A stretch of 46,013 nucleotides of DNA from Dimargaris cristalligena (lineage: Eukaryota), in the NCBI GenBank assembly GCA_003614675.1, contig ML002297.1, forward strand, positions 1 through 46,013, given 5' to 3'. Made by a program: the position numbers and the translations under genes. This document shows, piece by piece, positions 10,342 through 21,000 of the stretch. A model generated the notes under the pieces. That model was not told the DNA's origin. It saw only the letters and a list, made by a program, of their open reading frames with translations, and searched no databases. Within the stretch, counting starts at the first letter, position 1, and every line of letters starts with the position of its first letter.

Positions 10342-13300
10342 CTACTGCTGTTTACAGTCGCTGTTGTCATTGGGGGGAGCCTCGGCACTGGTCACCTGCT
10401 TGTGGCGCTGGCTCTGGCGGGTGACTCGGGCGACGGGAACGGGCATAGCCATTCCATTCTCATCCACGTGGTTGGAAGCCTTGGGGTCACCGCGCTGTGC
10501 ACGCTGGGAACTGGCTCGGGTGACACGTCGGGGAGGGGGGCCGGTCACAGTCGGGGGTAGGAAGCTGGGCTGGTAGACATCCTTGCCCCCCAGCGAGTCG
10601 GTTGGAGGGATGGCCACCTGGTTGGCACTGGGTTTAAGGGGAACTTTGGCGGTCGGGGGGCCGGTGGCCGCCGCTTGCTTTTGGAGGCGCTCGCAGTCCC
10701 TGCGCAAGCGCTTATTGTCCACTTGCAACTGGTTGACATCCTGGGTAAGCTGTCGCGTCTTGGCCGTTCCCTGTTTTTGGGTTTCGACGGAGGCGTCATA
10801 ATCCCGCTGGAGGCGATGATTATCCTGCTCTAGGTTAGCGATGGTTTGCTGGTACGCCTGTACGTAGGGATGTCTATCCAGGGTCTCGGGGGACAGCTCC
10901 CTCGGCTGGGCATACGAGGCCACCATCTGTTTGGCCTCGACCAACTCGAGTGCCGTAGCCTCGGCTTCATCCTCCCGCTGCGCCAGCAGTTGCTCCAGCT
11001 CGGCGAGCTGCTTTTGCTTCCCCTTCATTGACTGCTGCTGTTCACGGATCCGGGATTCGCACTCCTCCGCCAGTTTGCGAGTTATCTTTTGCTCGTGCTT
11101 GAAGGCCAACTTCCATTTATCAAGCTCGGTCTTTTGAAAATCGATTTGATCCTGCGGATTGGAAAATAGCAAGTGGAGGAGAGTCCAAGTTAGCGAAAGA
11201 GAAATGACGGCAGATACAATCGATCCAAATCACCATTCTCAGGGTGCTCCATAAAATATCTGTAACTACTATAGGTTGGCGGCAAACACCAGCGACTTAC
11301 CTTGCGGATGGCATCCTCGCTTAGCAGCTTTGCCAATTTCTCGGTCAAGGCCTTCCGCTCCTGTTTAAAGGCGCTGGCCTTCTCGGTGAGTTCGAAGAGC
11401 TGGGTCTGGCTATCGATTTTAGCTGTCTTGAACGCCTGAATCGCCTGTTCCTTGCTGGCCACATGGTCCGTCAGTTCAGCCATCTGTGTCTCAAGCAGAG
11501 CAATGGCCTGGGCCCGCTGGGTGGCGAGCTCCTCGGCAGCGCGTATACTAGTCTCGTAATCGGTGGCTTGACTATCCCAGGCTTCCTGGGCAGCAGTCCG
11601 CTCCAGTGCCGCCGTGGACTGGGCCTCTTCGCGAGCGGCCAGGGCCTCGCGAATCTCCCCCGACATGTGGTGGATTTGGGCCTCTAACGAAGTCCGAGTA
11701 CATTCTAGCTCCGCGACCCGACCCCGTTCCGCATCACGGTGGGCAATAAGCTCCGAGATTCGCGCAGTGTTTCCATTCAAAGTAGCTTCATTGGACAGCC
11801 GGGCACGGTCGAGTTCGTTGGTCAACCGCTGTTTCTCGTGCCCCAGCTCGGTACACTGGAGTTCGAACTGGTTACGCTGATTTTGCAGTTCCTGGACTTG
11901 AGTCCGGGACTGGTCCAGTTCCGTGCGTAAGTCGCCCACCACTGCCTGGCTGGCGCGGACCTCGGCCTGAACCGCCTTAATCTTGGCCTGGGTGACCCCC
12001 CGCTCCTGTTCCAACCTAATCTGAAGTTGCGTATATTCCTCAAGTTGGGCGTCGTGGGCCTTGCGGAACTGAGCCTGCGTTTCCAAATCGGCTTGTCGAG
12101 TCTGGCCCGCTTCCTCGAGCCTGCTCTGGGTGGCCTGTAGCTCGACGGTTAACTGGCCAAGCTGCTGCTCCCTGGTTTGAATGACAGTCCGAGCCGCATC
12201 CAAGCGAACCTGTAGCTCGCTATAGCGAGTCTTTTCGTGACCCAGGGCTTTTTGGATTTCCTCCAACGCCATCTCCAACTTGGCATTGGCACGGGTGAGT
12301 TGGGAGCTACTGGTGGAATTGGTCTGCTGGAGATGGCGCAGCTGTTCGGTGACATTCAGGTGGGTGGCCATCTCCTCGTCGTATTTGGTCTTGAGACTGG
12401 CGTATTCCGAGCGGGATTTTTCGAGCAGGGTGTAGGACGTTACCAGTTCTTCTTGGAGACTACCCACTGAATTGTTCAGATCGCTGATATTACGACTCGA
12501 AAGGGCCACTAATTCAGCGGTGTTGTGGTCGGCAGTGGCGAGCTTCTCCTCCAACCCGGCCTTAACGACCTCCAGCTGGCTTGTGGCTGCCCGGGCCTGG
12601 GTCAGTTCATCAGCGCGGACGGCCAACTGGGCTTTAAGCTGATCAATTGAAGCCTGGGCCGTTCCCAGTTGATTAGAGTCGGCTCGGATAGCCTCCAATG
12701 ACGTGGTCAGCTCATCAATCCGGGTCTGAGCGGTGGCTTGGTCCGCCTGCAGCTGTGCCTCAGTCTCAGTCAACTGCCGGGTATGGCCCCGGCAGCCCTC
12801 CAATTGAAGCTGCCACTGGCTTTTGGTCTCCACGAGTTCAGCCTGGAGCGTATTGTGCTGGGTAACCAGGACCTCGTGCTTGGCTATGCAGTCCGTTAAG
12901 GCAGTTTCCTTGAGCCGCAGTTCGTCCTGCAGCGTTTGGAGGGCCGTGGCGTGAAGGGTTTCTAGTCGGGAACAGTCCGCCGTCAGGGTTTCGCATTGGG
13001 CTCGCATCAACTCCCCTTCAGCTCGAGTGGATTCCGCTTGGCTCTGAAGCATTTGATGGTCTAGCCGGGAGGTATCCCGCTCCTGCGCCAGGGTGGACAT
13101 GGTTAGCTCCAGCTCGCTGATTTTGGCCGACTGCGCAACGATTTGGGCCTGGTACTGGGTCTCTTTGCTACCACCCTCCTCGTTAAGGTTATCCAAAGCC
13201 TCCTGGGTGGCACGCTCGCGGTCCTGCAGTTCCCGGTGCAATTCGGCCAGGTCGGAGTATTCCGACCGCCATTGGTTGAGCTGGGCCTCTAGGGTGGCGG

Positions 13301-16300
13301 AGGTCTCCACCAGTTTCTCGAGCCGGGCGGTCAGCTCCGACTCACACTGGGCCATGACTGCGTCATTTTGGGCCAGTCGTTCGGTAAGCTCCTGGTTGTG
13401 TAGGTTTTGTTGATGAATGATTTGGCGATCAGCCGTCAGGGCATTCCGCAGCTCAACCACCATGGCATCACGGGCCTCGTTCTCGCTCTGGGTCTCGGTG
13501 CGGTAGGTGGCATATTGAGCAGCCACCTCTCCATGGCGGCTCTGCCACTGGGCTAGTTCTCTAGCGGTGGTAATCAGTTGACCCCGCACCAGCTCGAGCT
13601 CGGTTGTCCGCTCGGTTAACGTCGACTCAGCCTCCTCCAGACGATTTTGAGTCTCCTGGGCGGTGGTAGCGTAAGTGCGCAGCTCGGTCTCGTGGCGTTG
13701 GGTAAGCGTGGCAATCTGGTGTTGAAGGGTCACCTGTTGGTCAGTGGCCGTGGAATGGTTGCCCTCGGCCTCGTGGCGCAGCTGTTGTAATTCCTGGGCG
13801 TGCCGGGCCTGTAGATCAACGAGTCCGGCGGTGGCCACCTGGACTTGGTCACGGAGGTGGTTAATTTCAGTGACTTTGGTGCGCAGATGTTCTTCTCCAG
13901 CGGCCGCCTGGCGGGTGAGTTGGACCTGCAGTTGCTCGACGAGGTCCTGGGCCGCTTGCAGGTCGAGGGCCAGCTGGCCTCGCGCTGCGGTCAAGGCCTG
14001 ACTGGCGGCTCGCTCTTCCGCCAGCTGGGCCTGAAACTGGGTAATTATAGCCCGACCTTCGTCGATTATTAGTTGAGCGCCTTGTTCGAAATCGGTTCGT
14101 TGGGTGTGCAGGTCAGTGAGCGCGGGGCGAATAAATCCCAGGACATCGCGATAATCATCAAGTTGGCTATTCAGATCATCCCGTTCGGATTCCAAACCGA
14201 TGATTCGGAGTTGGAGGGACTGCACCTGATCGTGGGTGGCCTGTAGTTCGGCCTCCCGGGCCGCCACGGTCTGGTCGTGACCCGACTGCTGATTCCGCAG
14301 ATTGGTTGTAATTTCCTGGATTTCCTCCGTTAGCTGCACTATTCGGTCGGCCGATTGGGACTGGCTTGCCTGGGCGGCCTCCAGTTGCGCCTGGAGCTCC
14401 TTCTTTTGAGCCAGTTTCTTCTTATACTCCTGCAGCTGTTGGTTGAGCAGTCCCTGTTCCATATGACTGCGCTCCTCTAAGCTAGTGTACCTGTCGGTCA
14501 ATTGGGCGATTTTATCGTTTAGGGTAGCTTGCTCCTACGCACCGGGAAAGATATGGTCCATGACATAGAGAGGGAAATCATAGGGCAATGGAGGATTAGG
14601 AGTATAATCGGTTTAAAAGGCAACATGGGTGGGATCACTATGGAGCGGTCCTGGGACGAAGGGGACCTTGCTAATCACCAATGGGGGCTTACCTGCATAT
14701 GCTTGCCCTGGAGTTCTTCGTAAGCAAGCTGGGTGGCTTTGAGTTCTAGGGTCACAAACTCGCAGTTCTCTTTCTGTCGCTTAGCGTTGCGCTTGAAGGT
14801 AGTCTTGGTAAAACTGAGGGCTTGGCGGTAGTTGCGGAGATAGCTCCGGAGTTCCTATAACAGTGCAAGTAAAATTATTAAGAATTATATATGGCAAGAT
14901 GAGTTAGAAATAGTGGTATTGGCCATGAAAGGCAATCAGTTCTGGCCGGGGGGGAACTCGTAGGGCCCCGCGGATGTATGGGAATGAAAACAAACCTTTA
15001 ATTCCTGGGGCAACGATTCAATCGGTGCATCGTCCAGACCCGACATCAGTCGCTGAACCCCCTCGAGTAGCCCTTGGTTCCGCTGGGAGAGGCCGGTAAG
15101 CTGAGCGGCATCCTCCTGGCTCTTGGATCGGATTTGCGTAATTTCGTCTTGAAGCCCAGTGATAACCTGCTGCTGTTGGACAATCTTGGCGAAGGTGTTT
15201 TGGTGGCGGCTAATGGGAAGGTTATCAAGGTAACCGGCATCCTCCATTTCAGAGGCGCGGCGTTTGCCAGCACGCGTGCTTTGGCACCGGCCGAGTGGGG
15301 GTCGGGTATCGGTAGTGGCGTCAGCGTCGGCGGAGGGAGTGGGAGGATCGGTTTCCGTCTCTGAAAGGTGGGCTGGACTGGTTGTCGAAGGCGACGGCAC
15401 GGTCCGAACTTCGGCCGCGGGCTCTACGGGCTCAAGCCCCCGGGGCGATTTTAATTCCTCCAGCGCACCTCGGGTACCAGGAAACCACGTTTGACGTCGG
15501 ATCCTGCGGGCCTGGGGGATGTCCGAATTACGGAGACGGGTGGAATCAAGAATCATCATTTTCAGTTCCTCGTAATGCTTCTTGAGTCGGGCCTCCTCGC
15601 CCTCTTTTTCTCTCAACTGGCGCCGGATCTCCTCGTTGTATTCTTCAATCTGCATCTTCTGATGGGTAAGCTTTTCAATCTCGAGGGAGCCGTTCATGGT
15701 GCGGTATTCGTCCAGCTTTTTCTTTAGCATGGATATTTCCTTGTGGTAAACGCGTAAGAGGGCTTCGCCGGTCAGTTCCTCGTTGATCTCGGGTTTGTTG
15801 CACACGTTCTTGGCCCGGTTGGCAAACTTGAGGGTACTCAGGGTTTCCTCCACATGGGTGGACGCCGGGGTGATGGTACACACAATGGCGGTTTTGGCAT
15901 TGCCGCCGAGGGATGGTTCGAGAATCCGGGTGAGTTTAGAGTCCCGGTAGGGAATATGCACGTTGGATCGGTCCCCGTCATTCTCGGTTAGCTTGGCAAT
16001 GACGGTGCCGAGGGCCAGCAAACTCCTATTAATGTGGGCACCTTCTCGCAGGCGGGCGCCTTCGGCCCCCGTATGCGCTACCCGTTCGGAACCGGCCAGA
16101 TCGACCAGGTTGAGGCACGAGACCTTAACGGCACCCGAGTACGTGGTGGCGGCGACCCCCTCGACGGCCTTTTCATCGATGCTGCGCTCCCGACTCTCAA
16201 TCACCATGCGCACAATGGTGTGGGAACGACTACTCCGGTCGTTCATGTTGGTTTCCCCCACATGGCGGTTGCGATCACCCTGTTCCAGCAGTAGTTTGAC

Positions 16301-16891
16301 GTCGTGGACGGACATGACGATGTTTTCGGTCAGGTTACCCACAAATATACCGCGGGTGGCGTGTTCGTGGATCTTCAGGTGGTGGTTTTCGGGGTTGAGG
16401 AGGTCCTTGATAACCTCGTTGTAGATTTCGAGGAACGAGACGCGTAGCAGATACTCGCGGTCCGGGGTCTGCTCAATACGTTCGAATATGCGGCGGATGG
16501 ACAGGTCGATAATACCGGGTTCTTCGGGGATACCGTACATGGTGTGGGTCTTCCCCGACGAGGTCTGACCGTAGGCAAAAATGGTTCCGTTGAAGCCGTC
16601 CATGGTGGAGTGGATAATGTCCTGGGCCACCGCATTGAAGACCTCCTTGGTTGAGCGCTGGGGGTCGAAAATATGGTCAAAGGTAAATGAGTTACCAATG
16701 GACGAGCGACCATGGGTGTGGTAGTGCAGTTGGGTAATGGTGTCGTTTTGAACAGACCAGGCGTTGAGGGTGCCGCCGGTACGGAGTTCTCGCGCATTTA
16801 AGGGCCGGATGCGAATGGTTACATTGATGTGATCCGCGGCGTCCTTGAACGAGCCGGAGTCGCCCTGGGAGACCGGATCCTTCCAGTCCAT
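10342..16891 (-). CDS. Kinesin-7 / CENP-E-like motor, ~2033 aa, 4 exons
   Basis: Exons 16891-14996, 14854-14693, 14534-11301, 11151-10342 (all phase 0, GT-AG). Motor domain with kinesin-7-type YGQTSSGKTHTM, NDRSSRSH, LVDLAGSER, HIPYRDSKLTRIL. More than 1200 aa of coiled coil, then a basic tail ending CKQQ-stop. Confidence 0.93.
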
Positions 16892-17406
16892 AGCTGTGGT
16901 TGGTGCAAAAGGTATAATGGGGCAGGGAACTGCGGGAGGATAGCGACTGGTGAAACGAGAGTGGCGGTAGCTTGGCCTGGCAACAAGAGCAAGACCAACC
17001 GAAGTGATATTAATAACAATAAAATAGCACAGCCTACGCTAGGTGCATTCAGTCACTTCAGAGAAAGAATATATTTGGGGAAATAAGCGCCCGTATTTAC
17101 GAAGGGCATAAAGTAAAGACTTGGGTTAGAGGGTTAGCCACTACTACTGATACAGGGCCTAGACAGTAGCGAAAGAGGCCTCTCTTGAAATGACGCCTGT
17201 CCGTGGTGCTGGCGGAGCTTCAATCCGGCCAAACGGGAACGTGGGCGGTCACCCCTCTTTTTACTCTATTATTAATTCCAGATGGTTTAGCTACTGTGGT
17301 CCACACTAATGTGTTTGCCTCTGCTTTCGAATCTGGCCGTACTAAGTGGCGCCTTGAAATGTAAACACAGCCGATACCGTTCGTCAATTGGCTCAAGTGC
17401 GGCTAT

Positions 17407-17504
17407 GGGATATTTATGTCCCTGGCAGCCACAAATATAGTCCCGCCCGCCTGAGTGTGGGATCGCCCCGATTGTAATTTAGCGGCCAGGCACATAAATG
17501 TCCC
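17407..17504 (+). repeat. Imperfect inverted repeat / long hairpin with 20-bp outer arms
   Basis: 17407-17426 GGGATATTTATGTCCCTGGC versus 17485-17504 GCCAGGCACATAAATGTCCC: 18 Watson-Crick pairs, one U.G pair and one mismatch, with further inner stems. Confidence 0.85.
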
Positions 17505-18059
17505 CTCATTTCTGTGGTAAGATATAATAGGAGGGCTGGGTGCCCACTGTCTGGCCAGTGTCCGCCCACACCATTACAATGGGCACAGCGCGACCGGTAG
17601 TTTGTTAAAGGTACACTCTACGCAACGAAGGTTTAAATCGGGCATTCCGCCTACATCCCTGGCCCGGATTCAACTGACATTTCCTCTAGCCGCCCAAACT
17701 TGCCCTAAACCAGCGCTACCCAGGGGGGCCAACACCCATTGATTAACGGACCACCGGAAGCCACCCCTTGAGATAAGAAGCACGATAGCAGGGATCATCA
17801 CCCGGGGCCTCCTTCTGTAGTGAACCTAGGTAGATCAATACCCGCGCATAAACAGCTTTTCCGGGATTTTCGCGGCTAGGTCGGCCGTACGCCCGAAACC
17901 AGGTCTGCCTGTTCACCCCCCTGCCTCGGACAAAGCCATTCCCACACACATTGACCAACCCAATAGTTAGTCTTCTAATACCCCCTCGATCGGGCTGCCT
18001 TGGCTTTATTGGGAAATGCGGAGGCGCATCCGTATCGAAAAACGCCACAATAGCCTAGG

Positions 18060-21000
18060 TTAATAGTAGAGACTGGCTGTAAACACAATATCCCGTCGAA
18101 TTAGGCTCGATACCTGCTCCATCTTTTCGAGCAGACGGTTGTCTCCCACGGTACGGGCCGCTGTCCGGACCTCGCGGCAGACGTCGTCTAAGCGAATAAT
18201 CGCCCGAACGATAATCCCCTCCTGAACATCCGTAAGATCCATAATCTGTCGAAAAGTCATCCCACGGGCCCATTCGTACACGACCTCCATTAAACCAAAG
18301 CACAGGGTATTCTCAAGGGAGTCCGCCACGCCGCATGCCATTTGGATCTGGTCAACCTTGTTCAGCGCCTGGATAAGATGGTCTTTGGCCCGGACCAAAT
18401 TGGGGACCAGATATGGTTCACCGGCGTTACGGTCCTGGAAAATGAAGCAGCAGAGCATTGCTGCAATCTCACAAGGCTCAAACTCCGCCATGACATTGTC
18501 CAGAATCAGTTCCGTCAGGATGAGCGCATCCGCCGCATTGATTTCGCAAGCCACCCTTCCTTTGAGTAGAACATTATCCCGTTGGTCAATGCACTGCAGG
18601 GTTCGCAGCACTTCCAGTCGCTGTTCGTAGTCCGGGAGCAATTCAAGATTTTGATCCGATAGGGCGTGGCGCAGGGCCTGTAATTTGGCTTCCAGCTGAT
18701 ATTGCCTATGTACCATCCGATACTACCGGTTCCAACACCCGATATATGTACCACAATCATTGACAAAAAAGACCCCATACGCATTAGTGTCGTCCCAACC
18801 AGTCGGCTCCCGCCTTCACACCGAATAGCCATTGTCCTAAGGCGGAATACATTATAATCTGGGATCTTTTACCATTCGGGTCTCGTATTCACAGTTGGAA
18901 ATCCCTGCAACGATATCCCCCAAGATATAGATACAATGGGCACTTACATGGCTAACTAGGTCTGGGCAGTGAATGCAAGCAAAGGTGGTCAGGGAGCCCC
19001 GGAGTTCCCCAAGGGCCCGGAGATGGATTTGGAAGTCCAGTTCCTTAATCTTCGCCCCCCAGTCGTATTCCGCCCAGCCGTCTGTCGATCAATGGAAAAA
19101 GTAGACGGGCGCGCGTGTTCAATACATGAATGATTAATGCAGTGATTGAATGAAGTAGCTACCCAAAGTTCCATACCATACCATCCCTTACTCTACACCT
19201 AGAAGCTGGTTTGAATAGCAGAGCCCAAACCAGGGAGCCTGCCCTAATTCAGTCGGGTTGGGGGGTTGGATTTCAAAAACCAACTTACCTTTCTGATGGG
19301 ACTGGGCCAGCTCTACTAGTTCTTTTTCAACGCGGTTGGTCTCGGCGGTCCGGGATTTCTTCAGGAGTAGTCCCGCATCAATCTAGGCGACATAAATACA
19401 CAGATAAAAGTTCATCCCAATGGGGGAGAGGATTAGTCAATGATTTGAAAGGTGTGTGCGGTTCCAATAGGACGAGGGTCTAGAGAACTGATCTAGTAAA
19501 TAGTCCGACCTTGAGGGAAACATCGGTGGTCACTGCGACACTGGCCAGATCCACGGTAACTACTCGGGACTGGAGGGATGCTTCTTCAAGTGGAGCCAGG
19601 GTAAACGGGCAACGGCCCACTTCGACATCACCCTCGCCACGGATGCCATCTAGGAAAGGGTAAAGGTCATCCTCAGAGTCGGTGGCGATTTTACCCCGAC
19701 TATCGGCCCAGGCACCCTGTTCATTGCCAACAATTAAACATGTGAGTTGGCGCGACGAGGCCAGGGCCCGGTTGGAAACCGGTGTGGTCGTCCAATGTGC
19801 CGCAATTCGACTAAGGGCATCGGGGCCTAGTAGCCGGGAGTGGCTCTGGGTACGAATAATGACGCCCAACGTGGGATTGCATCGTCCCGGTGGGGTTAGA
19901 ATAACCACCCGGCCCGATTGCCATCCCTTACTGGCGAGGGGTGAGCTGGAAATAGCCAGGTAGAGGCGCCGCCGGGTGTCGTCCAACTGTAGCTGGGTTG
20001 CGTGGAAGGCCTTTAGCGAATCCTGACAGATTACACAGTCGGCTTGGCCAACCTTGGCCAGCTGGGATTCGTTGCGCAACAGCTCTTGCTCGGCCTCGGG
20101 TAGGGATTTTTGGTTGGTGTTCTCCGAAAAACTGCGTTTGATCATTTCCTCCACCTTGAGGGTTTCGACCCGCAGCAGATTCAGTATCATGGGGTACGTC
20201 AATCGGAACTGGCTCTGCAGCTTGGTGGCCGGTCCCAGGATCATTTTTTGAAGGGTTAGGGAGTCGGGCACGTCGCTGGCACCCACAATCATCACCAACC
20301 CGGTGGAGTCAAGTCCACGCCGCCCGGCCCGCCCGGCCATTTGGGTATATTCGCCCGGCAGCAGGTCCCGGAAAGTGCGGCCATCGTGTTTGCGGATGGA
20401 GGAGAAGACCACGGTGCGGGCAGGCATGTTGACCCCCATGGCAAACGTCTCCGTGGCAAATAGCACCTTAACCAGCCCCCGGGAGAAGAGAATTTCCACC
20501 ATTTCCTTTACAATGGGTAGCAGGCCACCGTGGTGGATCCCAATACCCCGTTCCAAGAGTCGGCTGGTGTGGCGAATATGGGGAAGACCCCGGTCGACAA
20601 CACTCAGACGCAGCAGGCTCCGGTAGATAAACCCCCGAACCTCGGTGCGTTCAGCCAGCGAGTTGAGGTTGGCACTGTTCAGACTCGCGGCGTATTCCTC
20701 GCACCGGCGACGTGAAAACGTAAACACGATGGCCGGCAGGAGCTCTTTCTTCTTAAGGTGCTCAATTAAGTGGGTCCACGGAATCCGGTCGGGAAAGGAC
20801 TGGCTGCGGGTGAGCCCGCCCCGCCCCCGTCCCCGACCCAGGACCAATGCCTTTTCCCTTCGGATCGCATTCGCAAGGGCGTCGCGGGCCTGTTTCCAGC
20901 CCAGGGACAGGAAGGAGCGCGTCTGGTCCACAATCTTGTAGACCTCCCGGTCCACGAAGAGGTAGTGTTCCAGCGGCACTGGCCGGTGGGTGGTACTGAT

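Noticed and set aside
17123-17589. Telomerase RNA (template-like 15-mer plus hairpins) or SRP RNA (TGTAATGG on the minus strand)
   Set aside because: The template-like motif and the best-folding hairpin are on opposite strands, and the motif recurs elsewhere. No SRP helix-8 motif is visible. Left unassigned.
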